In this document: positions 31,449-42,210 of the stretch, piece after piece
Layout of the letters: each line of letters opens with the position of its first letter
Position numbering within the stretch: the stretch's first letter is position 1
Made by a program: the position numbers and the translations under genes
Notes under the pieces: generated by a model
What the model saw: the letters and a program-made list of their open reading frames with translations, nothing else
The model's database searches: none
What the model was told of the DNA's origin: nothing
Assembly: GCA_963807635.1 (NCBI GenBank)
Contig: CAWEDJ010000069.1
Location: 38,348-102,347, forward strand
Source of the DNA: an uncultured cyanobacterium
Lineage (GTDB): Bacteria; Cyanobacteriota; Cyanobacteriia; Cyanobacteriales; Microcystaceae
Direction: 5' to 3'
Length of the DNA: 64,000 nucleotides

Positions 31449-34400
31449 ATGGAAATTCGTCAGATTGCCCTAGTCGTTAACATTAATGCATATCCCGTTT
31501 TATCGTCGTTACAAACGTCAACTTTTAATCGAGAAAGATTGGGGCAGTATTTGACAGAATACGGTAATTTTCAGGTCAGATTTCTCCCTAATACCCAAAA
31601 AGCAGCAGATCAGGCTCCCCCTGTTCAAATCCCTGTTTCCCAAAAGGAACTGGAAAATGCCATTCTCAGTTTGTTTCACCCGCAACGTGATCGCCTTCCT
31701 CAAACCGCGTTACTGTATTTCACGGGTCACGGACTGCGAAAAAAGAAAGGCATCGTTGAAGAATTTTTAGCCGCTAGTGATTCCAATCCCGCCCAGGGCA
31801 ATTGGGGAATTAATCTGCAATGGTTACAAAAAGTTTTTGCTAGCAGTCCAATTCTTCAAAAAATGATTTGGTTGGATTGCTTTTATGGGGAAGAACTTGC
31901 CTTTGATTTCGATGAATGTTTACCCCCATCAGGAGGCGCATCTTCTTTTCTGGCCACACGTCGGGGTGTAAAACTGACCGAAGCGGGAATCGATGTCCAT
32001 AATGATTATTTTGCCCAGGCACTACTCGAAGGATTAAATCCCTTCAATCATTTTGAAAACACTATTACCACGACGGATTTAACGAACTTTGTTAGGGATT
32101 ATTTGCGAGAACATCAACAAAAACTGCATTATTTTAATTTAGGACAGGCGATCGCCCTGACCCATAAGCCCAACGTGGTAAAAACGCCTCCTGTTCAATC
32201 CTGGAGTGCCAAGAATTTTTGTCCCTATCCTGGACTCGCCACGTTTCAAGTAGAAGATGCTCCCTACTTCTATGGCCGAAACGATCTGATAGCCCAATTA
32301 CTCAAGGAAGTCCATCAGACTAATTTTGTCGCCCTAGTCGGCAATTCAGGAACGGGTAAATCTTCCCTATTACGAGCGGGATTAATCGCCCATCTACAAT
32401 CAGGTCATTCCCTAGCAGGTAGTGAAAATTGGTCGGTGCGTATCTTTCATCCAGGCGATCGCCCCTTAATGAATTTGGTCTGGACGCTCTGTGATACCAA
32501 CCTGCCCTATGGGGAACGGGCTAGACAATTGAATAAACTGCAAACCTTAGTTCAACAGGGTGCGAGTGGATTTCAGAAACTATTGGAATTGTATTATCCC
32601 AATCGCCTGGTTTTAATCATTGATCAGTTTGAAGAATTGTTTACCCTTTGCCAAAATTCTCTTGAAAAACAAACCTTTTTAGATTGTCTATTGGGGGTTT
32701 TGGATTTAATAGAAAAAAATAACTATCTAGGCAATTCAAAAAATAGCAATTTTGTACTTGTTATCACTATGCGGTCTGACTTTTTAGAAAACTGTCTAGA
32801 GTTAGCCGATAATCGCCTTGCTGATCGATTACAAAATCATTTAGTGACCATTACACCGATGGCCGAACAAGCCTTAATCAAAGTGATTACTAAACCTGCA
32901 AAACAAGTTGATTTAGCCTTAAATTTTGACCTAGTTACTGAAATTCTTCAGGACTTAGATTACAGTTCTAGTAGTTTAACCCTCTTGCAATATACTTTAC
33001 GAAAACTCTGGCGACAGGAAGATAATCAGGGACTACAAATTCCTGCCTATCGTCTCTTAGGGGGAGTCAAAAACGCATTAGATAAACAGGCGACGGCGGC
33101 CTACCATGCCTTCTCAGAACTGGAACAGGAAACGGTACAGCATATTTTTCTTGCCCTAGTGGAACAAACGGAAGGACGCAATGCCTTAGCACGGGGAGTA
33201 ATTAATCGGGAATTAGTCACTCCCCGTTATAGTATTGCCCTCATCGATTTAGTCGTGCAAAAATTAGTCTATGAACAGTTAGTTTTTACCGAACCTGTCC
33301 CCCTATCGAGTGGTGAACTAGAACAGCCCTTTTTCATTCATCTGGCCCAGGTCGCTCTGATTCAACACTGGAAACTTTTGCAACAGTGGATAAAAGAAAG
33401 ACGGGATTATCTACAAAGAAAACAGAAAATCGAAGATACCGCGAAGGAGTGGCAAAATTCTACTCTCGAAAATCAGAAAAGCTATTTACTATCGGGTAAG
33501 GCTTTAGCAGAGGTGAAAAAATTTCAAGAGGAACAGGGCGATCGCTTTCCTTTGTCCCAGGTTGCCGAAGTTTTTATTCAGGCCAGTAGTCAAACTCAAC
33601 GGATTGACCGCGTAAAAATGGCAGCTTTGATTGGGATTCTACCTCTGATAGGATTAATCTTTCTGGGATGGCAACTTTATCGATATAGCCAGACCCAGGG
33701 CGATTGGAAGGTGATTATTGACAATCAGGGCAAACGAGAAAGTTTACCTCGAATCCAGGCCCTAGAATCATTAAATAAAGCAGGAGTTGCGTTAAATCAG
33801 AAACAATTTAATGGATTAAATTTACAAAAAATCAATCTTGCCAACGCGAATCTGAGTAATAGTAACTTTACCGAATCTTTCTTAACCGATGCTAATCTGG
33901 TTAATGCCAATTTAACGGAAGCTGATTTATCCCAAATCGAACTAACGGGGGCCGATTTGAGTGGGGCAAATCTTAGTCAGAGCAAGTTGATTGGGGGTTA
34001 TCTGACGGGAGCGAATCTGGCAAAAAGTAATCTAACCAATGCAGATTTGACTGGGGCGAATCTAATTCGAGCCTCTTTGACGGGAGCAACATTACAGGGA
34101 GCCAACTTTTTAAATTCTGAACTCACTGGAGCAAAACTTACTGGGGCGGATTTAAGCCAAGCTAAATTTAACAATGCAAATCTCTGGGGGGTCGATCTCA
34201 CAGGAGCTAATCTAACTTCAACAGAACTCAATCAGGCGAATCTAACACGGGTGAGTTTTTCGGGAGCAAATCTCACGAATGTGAATTTAAGAGAAGCCAA
34301 TTTAACGACAGCAGATTTTTCTTCGGCTAAAAATATTCCCCTAGAGCAAATCAAGTCTGCTTGTTTTTGGGATAAAGCCATTTTTACAGAAGAGATCCAA

Positions 34401-34457
34401 CAAAAATTGGCCAACACTGCGGCGGACAAATATCCTAGTTGTCAGAAATGGCGTTAA
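31449..34457 (+). CDS. Caspase-like domain + STAND (nSTAND1-type) NTPase + TM helix + pentapeptide repeats
   Basis: LLYFTGHG and WLDCF; CPYPGLATF, GNSGTGKSSL and IIDQFEELFT; TM AALIGILPLIGLIFLGW; A(N/D)L repeats from about 33810 to 34320. Confidence 0.88.
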   Translation: MEIRQIALVVNINAYPVLSSLQTSTFNRERLGQYLTEYGNFQVRFLPNTQKAADQAPPVQIPVSQKELENAILSLFHPQRDRLPQTALLYFTGHGLRKKKGIVEEFLAASDSNPAQGNWGINLQWLQKVFASSPILQKMIWLDCFYGEELAFDFDECLPPSGGASSFLATRRGVKLTEAGIDVHNDYFAQALLEGLNPFNHFENTITTTDLTNFVRDYLREHQQKLHYFNLGQAIALTHKPNVVKTPPVQSWSAKNFCPYPGLATFQVEDAPYFYGRNDLIAQLLKEVHQTNFVALVGNSGTGKSSLLRAGLIAHLQSGHSLAGSENWSVRIFHPGDRPLMNLVWTLCDTNLPYGERARQLNKLQTLVQQGASGFQKLLELYYPNRLVLIIDQFEELFTLCQNSLEKQTFLDCLLGVLDLIEKNNYLGNSKNSNFVLVITMRSDFLENCLELADNRLADRLQNHLVTITPMAEQALIKVITKPAKQVDLALNFDLVTEILQDLDYSSSSLTLLQYTLRKLWRQEDNQGLQIPAYRLLGGVKNALDKQATAAYHAFSELEQETVQHIFLALVEQTEGRNALARGVINRELVTPRYSIALIDLVVQKLVYEQLVFTEPVPLSSGELEQPFFIHLAQVALIQHWKLLQQWIKERRDYLQRKQKIEDTAKEWQNSTLENQKSYLLSGKALAEVKKFQEEQGDRFPLSQVAEVFIQASSQTQRIDRVKMAALIGILPLIGLIFLGWQLYRYSQTQGDWKVIIDNQGKRESLPRIQALESLNKAGVALNQKQFNGLNLQKINLANANLSNSNFTESFLTDANLVNANLTEADLSQIELTGADLSGANLSQSKLIGGYLTGANLAKSNLTNADLTGANLIRASLTGATLQGANFLNSELTGAKLTGADLSQAKFNNANLWGVDLTGANLTSTELNQANLTRVSFSGANLTNVNLREANLTTADFSSAKNIPLEQIKSACFWDKAIFTEEIQQKLANTAADKYPSCQKWR

Positions 34458-34539
34458 TAATAGTTTTTTAGCAGCGATCGCTTCTTACCATAAAGAAAAA
34501 ACGCGATCGCCTTTTTAAAAAAATTCAAATTTTGTTAAA

Positions 34540-36219
34540 TTATCGAACTACGCCCGACGTTGAAGCAAGTTCAGAATTTGCGATCGCAGGAGCCTTCAGG
34601 AAATCAGCATAAATATCAGGATTAGCTTGGGCAACTTCCGCACGAGACTCAAGTAATTGAGTATTAATCGCCACCGTCGTCGCATCATATACTTGGGTTG
34701 CTAACTTGGGATACAAACCGATCGCGATAATCGGAACAATAAAACAAGCCGCGATAAACACTTCCCTCGGTCTTGCATCTTCGTAATTTGCATCCCCAGG
34801 TAACACACAACTGGTTCCAAAACAAACCGCTTCTTGCAATCCTGGCTCCATAACCTTTGGCTCCAAAGAACAAGACGGAAACCCCTCGGTTGCGTAGAAT
34901 AGCTGACGGAGCATAGAGAGCAGATAAATCGGAGTTAGCATCAAGCCCACCGCCGCGAGAAACACCGTGCCAATACGGAAAGTCGTGCTATAAACATCAC
35001 TGGTTGCCATACCTACGAAAACCGCTAATTCACTGACAAAACCACTCATTCCAGGCAATGCTAAAGAAGCCAGCGCACCAATGGTAAACAGGGCAAACAC
35101 GGTCGGCATGAACTTTCCGATATTCCCCATTTCCATCAAAGATAGGGTATGGGTGCGATCATAGGTGACACCCGCGAGGAAGAAGAGAACAGCCGCAATT
35201 AGTCCGTGAGAAATCATCTGCAACATCGCGCCACTAATGCCTAAATCGGTAAAAGAAGCGATCCCCAACAGCACAAAACCCATGTGAGAAACGGAAGAGT
35301 AAGCCAAACGGCGTTTCATATTGTTCTGGCCGAAAGAGTTGAATGCGCCATAGACAATATTAATGACCCCTAAAATCGCTAACAGGGGAGCAAAATAAAC
35401 ATGGGCATGGTCAAGAATGCCGAGATTAATGCGAATTAATCCGTATCCTCCCATTTTTAATAACACTCCTGCCAGAATCATCGAGACAGGTGCAGAAGCT
35501 TCCCCGTGAGCATCAGGCAACCAAGTGTGGAGAGGGAAAATCGCCAACTTGACTCCAAAGGTAATCAAGAGACCTGCATAGAGAAAAATTTCTAAACCCA
35601 GGGGATAGTCTTTTAATCCCAACTCTGCCATATCAAAAGTCATATTGTCGCCCGTCAAGGCCATGCCCAAAGCGGCAACCAAAATAAAAATAGAAGCGGC
35701 GGCAGTATAGAGCAAAAACTTCATCGCAGCGTACTGACGTTTTTGACCACCCCAAATAGAAACGAGTAAATAAACGGGAACCAGTTCGATTTCCCACATG
35801 ATAAATAAAAGTAAAATATCCTGGGCAACAAATACCCCGATTTGTGCTGAATAAAGCACTAGCATTAAAAAATAAAAAAGACGGGGCTTATAGTTAACTT
35901 GCCACGCCGCGAATAAAGATAAGGTTGTAACGAGTCCCGCTAAGAGAACGAGGGGAAGGGAAATACCATCGACGGAAACCGCCCAACTAAGCCCAAATTG
36001 GGGTATCCAATCATATTTTTCGACCATCTGGAAACTAGATTGATTAACGTCGTAATTTTTCCAGAAGACGTAACACATAAGAACGAAATCAGCGAGTCCT
36101 ACACCGAGGGCATACCAACGAAGTTGTTTACCATCCTTATCGGGTATTATCGGTATTAAGAGTGCGGCAAATAGGGGAAAGAGCAGGATTGTGGTCAGCC
36201 AGGGAAATTGGTGGGTCAT
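34540..36219 (-). CDS. ndhD2: NDH-1 subunit 4 (NdhD2 type)
   Basis: [15 protein letters not shown] and [11 protein letters not shown]; the Cys-containing C-terminal insert and 559-aa length fit NdhD2. Confidence 0.85.
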   Translation of the reverse strand: MTHQFPWLTTILLFPLFAALLIPIIPDKDGKQLRWYALGVGLADFVLMCYVFWKNYDVNQSSFQMVEKYDWIPQFGLSWAVSVDGISLPLVLLAGLVTTLSLFAAWQVNYKPRLFYFLMLVLYSAQIGVFVAQDILLLFIMWEIELVPVYLLVSIWGGQKRQYAAMKFLLYTAAASIFILVAALGMALTGDNMTFDMAELGLKDYPLGLEIFLYAGLLITFGVKLAIFPLHTWLPDAHGEASAPVSMILAGVLLKMGGYGLIRINLGILDHAHVYFAPLLAILGVINIVYGAFNSFGQNNMKRRLAYSSVSHMGFVLLGIASFTDLGISGAMLQMISHGLIAAVLFFLAGVTYDRTHTLSLMEMGNIGKFMPTVFALFTIGALASLALPGMSGFVSELAVFVGMATSDVYSTTFRIGTVFLAAVGLMLTPIYLLSMLRQLFYATEGFPSCSLEPKVMEPGLQEAVCFGTSCVLPGDANYEDARPREVFIAACFIVPIIAIGLYPKLATQVYDATTVAINTQLLESRAEVAQANPDIYADFLKAPAIANSELASTSGVVR

Positions 36220-36272
36220 TATAATAATGAGAATAAATACCTATTTTGTTGATGACCTTCATTATATTAAAC

Positions 36273-36290
36273 TTTGTAAATTTTTATAAA
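36273..36290 (-). promoter_or_regulatory. HLR1-like motif upstream of ndhD2
   Basis: Minus strand TTTATAAA-AA-TTTACAAA, one mismatch, but in an AT-rich context. Confidence 0.45.
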
Positions 36291-36465
36291 TAATTTTTCT
36301 TTCAGGTTGAAATAGATAATGTCTATCGTTTACAGGGTTACAGGGGAAGATTTTTCAGGCTTGTGTGATGTATTCGAGAAAATTTGCTTAATAAAGCCAT
36401 CGTTCTTTCCTCCTCAAAATTTTGAATTGTAGAGTAGTATTTATTCACGAAAGAATAGTCAGTCT

Positions 36466-36969
36466 CTAAACAGGACTCACCAGGCGATCGCAGTCTAAAA
36501 GAAATACCGTTAAAGAATCCTCTTTGTAGGGAATAATCATCACATGACTCGCAATATTGAGGGTATCATTTTGTCGATAGGAAGCAGGTAAAATCCGAAT
36601 TTGGGAAAGAGAAACATCAAATAACGTCGGCGTTTCATTAATGACAATGCCAAAGGATTCATGATCACTATTTTTCGCTAAAATCAAAAATTGTTTAGCG
36701 TGGGAAATATTGGCTTGTTTGATATTAAATAAACGCTGATACAGATCAATCACCGTAACAGAACGATTTTCTAAATGGACAATGCCCGTTGCTGTTGTTC
36801 CACTACTATGAATCGCTGTGTAGTTTAGGATTTTTTCAACAATGGGAACCGAGAGCGCGAGATTGAGTTTCCCCACCGAAAAAACGAGGAATTTTTCAGT
36901 TTTACTCACAGAAGCTTGATCAATCGCGTTATCCGTAAATACTGAGGGAAAAGAAGTAGTTGTGTTCAT
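36466..36969 (-). CDS. CheW-like protein at the end of the pix cluster
   Basis: FLVFSVGKLNLAL and VTVIDL...FGIVI; last gene after the CheA. Confidence 0.8.
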   Translation of the reverse strand: MNTTTSFPSVFTDNAIDQASVSKTEKFLVFSVGKLNLALSVPIVEKILNYTAIHSSGTTATGIVHLENRSVTVIDLYQRLFNIKQANISHAKQFLILAKNSDHESFGIVINETPTLFDVSLSQIRILPASYRQNDTLNIASHVMIIPYKEDSLTVFLLDCDRLVSPV

Positions 36970-37043
36970 CGGTCAAAGGGTTTTAGATAATTGGATTCTG
37001 ACTATTCACTATTTAGGTGATTCCTGACACATTTAATACTATT

Positions 37044-37076
37044 AAGTCCCCCAGCATTGGGGGATTTAGGGGGCTT
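37044..37076. repeat. Short G/C-run palindromic repeat of a type common in cyanobacteria
   Basis: AAGTCCCCCAGCATTGGGGGATTTAGGGGGCTT, intergenic between cheA and cheW. Confidence 0.45.
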
Positions 37077-37092
37077 GATGATGATTAACGCC

Positions 37093-40000
37093 CTAAACCT
37101 TAGCCAAGCTAGGACTGAGTAACTTTTGAATATCCATCAAGAATTGTTGTTCAATATAGGGCTTGGTGAAGTAGGCACTGGCTCCTAAGTGCATGGCTAA
37201 TTGTCGATGTTTTTCGCTTCCACGAGAAGTCAACATGGCGACAGGAATTTTCATCATGTCGGGATTTCGACGACACTGGCCCAAAAATTCAAAGCCATTG
37301 AGGTTTGGCATTTCTACGTCACAAATAACAAGTTGAATTCCAACGGTCTCGCCGAGAGTCAGCAGAGCTTCTTGACCATCTTTTGCCTGAATAACGCGAT
37401 AACCTGATTTTTCTAGAGTTAAAGCCAATGTCCGACGGAGAGCCGCAGAGTCATCCACCACCAGAACAGTAGGCGGTTGATTTTGATCCGCAAATCCATC
37501 AATTTCTTCCCCATCTTCGCCGAGAGAGGAAATCGTGGAGGAAATGCCAGATTCTCCTTTGTCCCAATACCATTCCAAGAGCAAACCACCATTGATCACG
37601 GGAATCAGGGTTCCATCCCCCAGGATCGTACAACCATAGAGATAATCAGGAGACGCGATCGCGCCGCCAAAGGGTTTAATGACTAATTCTTGCTCGGTCA
37701 ACAGACGAGTCACTTCTAGGGCGTAGTAGTGATCCCCCCGTCGGATTAAAATTAACGGTAAATTCCAATCTTCGGGCTGGGGGACGGTATTTAAGGATTT
37801 GCTGTCCAGCCGTTCCGTCAACATCAAGTTATAGGGCAACAGATTATTGAGTTGGTAGATGGGAATCATCTGTTGTTGCCAAATCAAAAAGCGTTGTCCC
37901 CCCGATGATTTGATCTGATCGTTGCGGGGAACCATCAATTCCGACACACTGTCCGAGGGGATCGCCACGACCGTACTGGTTCGGTTATTATTTTGGCTGA
38001 TTAAACAGACTAATAATTTGGCAATGGTTAACGTTAAGGGTAAACGGAGAGTAAAAGTACTGCCCTTACCAGGTCGGGAAGAGACACTGACATTACCCTT
38101 CAGGGATTGGATTTGCTGACGAACCACATCTAAGCCCACGCCCCGACCCGATAATTCACTCACCTTATCGGCAGTCGAAAATCCAGGTTCAAAAACTAAG
38201 TTATAGATTTGTTCAGGAGCCAAGTATTGCGATTGTTCTTCACTAATTAAACCGACTTCGATTGCCCGTTGGGTGATTTTTTCTAGTTTTAAGCCACCGC
38301 CATCATCCTGAATTTCGATAATGGTCTGGTTTCCCTGGTGGTAGGAATGAATTTCAATGGTTCCTGTTTCGGGTTTTCTGTTTTGTCGGCGGACTTCAGG
38401 CGATTCAATCCCATGATCAAAGGCATTCCGCAAAAGATGGAGCAGAGGATCATAGAGTTTCTCTAGGGCGAGTTTATCTACTAAAACCGCCGTTCCCCGT
38501 AATTTAAGTTGGACGGGTTTGTGATATTTCGTTGATAAATCCCTTAGCATACGGGGGAAACGATTTAATACCTCTCCCAGGGGCAACATCCTCGCCCACA
38601 TGAGTTCATCCCGTAGAGAAAAGAGCATTTGACGTTGGGATTCTAATCCTTGATCCGTTGCCCTGGCGAATAGGACAATATCATCGACGGCTTCTTCCAG
38701 TTGCATCATTTCTTCGAGAATATCCTGCAATTGACCCGATAAGGCTCCATAGGAGTCCATTTCTAGGGCATCAAAGGCAGTAGAAATCCAGGCTGCTTGT
38801 TCCCGTCGTTCAGGCATAATCACCAGTTGATCGGCTAATTCGCGCAATTTACCCGTCATGTTCTGGAAACGACTAAAACGGGACAGGAGCGATCGCACGG
38901 AACCCTGGAGTTGTTCGTTTTGTAGGGATAAACTATTACGATTGATGGCTAATTCACCCACCCAGTTGTTCATCCGTTCGAGGCGATAGAAGTCAACCCG
39001 AATGGAGAGATTGGCCGCAGGGGCGGTCGTTTTGGCCGCAGGTGTTGCTTTTTCGGCTTTTTCTTCAACGGTGGGGATTTCAGGTTGTTCTGCGATCGGT
39101 TGCTGGACGGTGAGGGGAACTTGTCCGTTTGTAACAACCTTGGTCGGGGCAATCGCATTAATCTGATTCGCTTCAAAGGTCGGTAATTCAGCAAAGGCCT
39201 GTTCAACGGATTGCACCATGTCCGCCAAAGCTAATTCATCGATCGCGGGAATATCCGTTACTTCAGCCAAAATTTCTTCTGGAATCACTGCCGAATCAGG
39301 TATCAGTCCCCCAAAGACATCTTCTAAATTGGGCGCGATCGCCGCTTCTTCTGGTATTTCTACAACCGTTTCGAGGACAGTGGGTAACTCTTCTAGTTCA
39401 GGGAAAGCAAAGGTATCTAGATCGATTTCCGCCCCAAAGACATCATCTAGGGAGGCAGCAATGGGTTCGGCTAATTCGGTTTCTTCTAAATTAATACTGG
39501 CGGCAAGTTCTGGTTCTGGGACAACTTCTTCCTCCTCCTCTTCTCCCCAAAATAGATCACTAATGGTGGACATTTTTGGAGCTTCTGCTTCGGTCAGGAG
39601 GGGAATTTTTTCTTGGACTACGGTAAAAGCAATCAGTTGTTCAGAAGGACTACCCCCTATTTGGCGATCGCCATTTTGCAGAACTTGGTTACAACCCTTT
39701 TGCCAATGGCCAGGGCTAATTCAGCAATTAAGAGGGATTGATCGGGACTCAGTTGTAGGGCAGTTTCGGGCGGCGGCAGTAATCGCTTTAAAGCCTGATA
39801 AATTGAGTAATTCAGCGAGTCCCAAGAAAACTTCCGTTTGGGCTGTGAGGATCGTTTTGATTTGTTCCGAATCCCCCGTTGCGATCGCCTGGGCGACCTG
39901 CTGTAAACCCTGGGTGATATCCACTTCAAAAATGGAAGAAACAATATCAACACCCAAATCTGCTGAACTGGGTAAATACTGATCCCCTTCTGCCAGGCGA

Positions 40001-41486
40001 TCGCCTAGAATAACTTCGATTAATTCAAAAACAGGTCTTGCTTTAGCCAGAGCCGCTTTGCCGTCGAAATGCCCTTCCGATAACTGTTGTAAAAGGGTTT
40101 CTTTCAAACAGTCAAATCCCTGTAACAGAAGACTTTCCATGTCTTCATCTAGGACAGTTTCTTCGTTATAAAACGCCTTGATAATATCTTCTAGACGATG
40201 GGAAAGGGTTTTAATGGTTGTTAAGCCCACACTAGCCGATCCTCCTTTAAGAGAATGGGCCGCGCGCATAATTTCATGGACTTTGGCTGAACTGCGATCG
40301 CTTCTCAGGGTTAATAAACCATCTTCAATAATTTGCAGTAATTCAGGAGCTTCTTCAATAAAGAATTGGTAACTGGGTTCATTAATATCTGCATTGTCAT
40401 TCGTTTCCTCGTCATCTTTTGAGACAGAAATCGGTTCAACGCTCAACGGTTGGGGTTCCGACCAGTCTAATGCGCCCGTTTCCATCGCAGGTACGGGATC
40501 TGACCAGTCGAAAGATCCGTTTTCCATTGCAGGAGTCGCTTCTAACCAGTCTAATGCGCCCGTTTCCACTAGAGGAGTGGCTGCCGACCAGTCCAATAAA
40601 CCATTTTCTACCGCAGGAGTCGAGTCTGCAAAATTAAAATCAAAGGCATTATCCAACCCACCTAAAAATGACTCGTCCAAACTAACATCGGGTAAAGCTT
40701 GGTTTTGAACGAGAGCTAATAACGCCCCTGACGGATTTCCCCCCGCACGCGATCGCCGTGTTGAAGAACCTGTTCACAACTGCCTTGCCAATCCGTGAGG
40801 GCTAATTGGGCAATCTCAAGCATTTGATCAGGATGTTCTTGGATGGCTTGATTTACCAGATCCGTAATCGCTTTAAAGCCCGTTAAATTTAATAATTCTG
40901 CTAAACCGCCGAAAACCTCAGTCTGCGATCGCAACGTTTCCGTAATTTGAGTCGAATCTCCAGTTTCCAAGGCACTTGCAATTTGTCCCAATCCCTCGGT
41001 AATATCCACTTCAAAAATGGAAGAGACAATATCAACCCCCAAATCGGCCGAACTGGGTAGGTATTGATCTCCTTCTGCCAGGCGATCGCCTAATAAAAAT
41101 TCGATCGCTTCTAAAACAGGTTGCGCCCGATTTAAAGCCGCTTCTTCGTCAAAACTTCCCTGGGAAAATTGAGTCAACAGAGGTTCTTTTAGGCAATCAA
41201 AACCCTGCAATAAAAGACTCTCCATGTCTTCATCTAGGACAGTGGCTTCATTATAAAAAGCCTTAAAAATATCCTCTAAACGATGGGCGAGATCTTTAAT
41301 GGTGGGCAACTCCACACTGGCCGCCCCGCCTTTCAGGGAATGAGCCGCCCGCATGATGTCATGAACCTTGGCCGATGTCCGCTCGGCACGCAGGGTTAAT
41401 AAACCATCTTCAATGATTTGGAGTAGCTCAGGGGCTTCTTCCACAAAGAATTGGTAGGCATGGTCGCGGATGTCGGGATTCATCAT
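37093..41486 (-). CDS. pixL: CheA-like hybrid kinase (2 Hpt, acidic linker, HATPase, CheW, REC); frameshifts near 40740, 39765 and 39708
   Basis: Two MRAAHSLKGG Hpt motifs, HLLRNAFDHG, SGRGVGLDVV and a C-terminal receiver with CDVEMP. Confidence 0.85.
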
Positions 41487-41511
41487 GATGATAGAGGGGT
41501 TATCGCATTAT

Positions 41512-42165
41512 TCAGGCTTTACTATTAAATTCTCGTTGAATCACCTGGGCCGCCTGGGTCTGTTGATGGACGGTTTCAGCTATTTTTTGCATAAGAGCGG
41601 GAAGTTGCAAGCTGGAAAGGGAAGCTTCCTGCACTTGCTGGCGAGATTTTTCCAGTCCCTTACTTTCTCGGTCGAGTTGTTGCTTGCCTTTGGTAATCGT
41701 TTCAGCCACTTCACGGGCTTCTGTCTGAATACTGACCACCAGGGCTTCAATGGAGGCTGTGGCTTCGGCGGATTGGGCGGCCAGGGTTCGGACTTCATCG
41801 GCGATTACCGCAAATCCCCTGCCCCCTTCCCCTGCTCGTGCGGCTTCAATGGAAGCTTTCAGAGCTAAGAGGTGGGTTTGGGCCGCAAACTGACGAATGA
41901 GGGTGACTACCTGGGCAATTTGCTTGGTGGAGTTATCTAATCGTTCAATTTGACCCGTTGTGGCATTGACGGTTTCTCGGATCTCTTTCATTCCGCCAAC
42001 TTGATCGCTGAGGGTTTGTTCACCTTCGGCGATCGCGTTTTGGGTTGTTTGGGCCGCAGAAAGGGCGATCGCAGACTGATTGCTCAAACGTTGACTGGTG
42101 GTCAAGATACTGGTAAGACTATCGGTCGTTAGGGAATCAGATTCCGTTGTCAGGGTAGGATTCAT
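41512..42165 (-). CDS. Short soluble MCP signalling-domain protein in the pixJ2 position
   Basis: [31 protein letters not shown]; no TM or sensor domain. Confidence 0.8.
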   Translation of the reverse strand: MNPTLTTESDSLTTDSLTSILTTSQRLSNQSAIALSAAQTTQNAIAEGEQTLSDQVGGMKEIRETVNATTGQIERLDNSTKQIAQVVTLIRQFAAQTHLLALKASIEAARAGEGGRGFAVIADEVRTLAAQSAEATASIEALVVSIQTEAREVAETITKGKQQLDRESKGLEKSRQQVQEASLSSLQLPALMQKIAETVHQQTQAAQVIQREFNSKA

Positions 42166-42210
42166 AAGAGTTAGATTTGAGTGACCAAGGGAAGAACAAA
42201 TTGCATCCGT

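Noticed and set aside
33810..34320. 15-bp periodic nucleotide repeats
   Set aside because: They are explained by the pentapeptide-repeat coding sequence.
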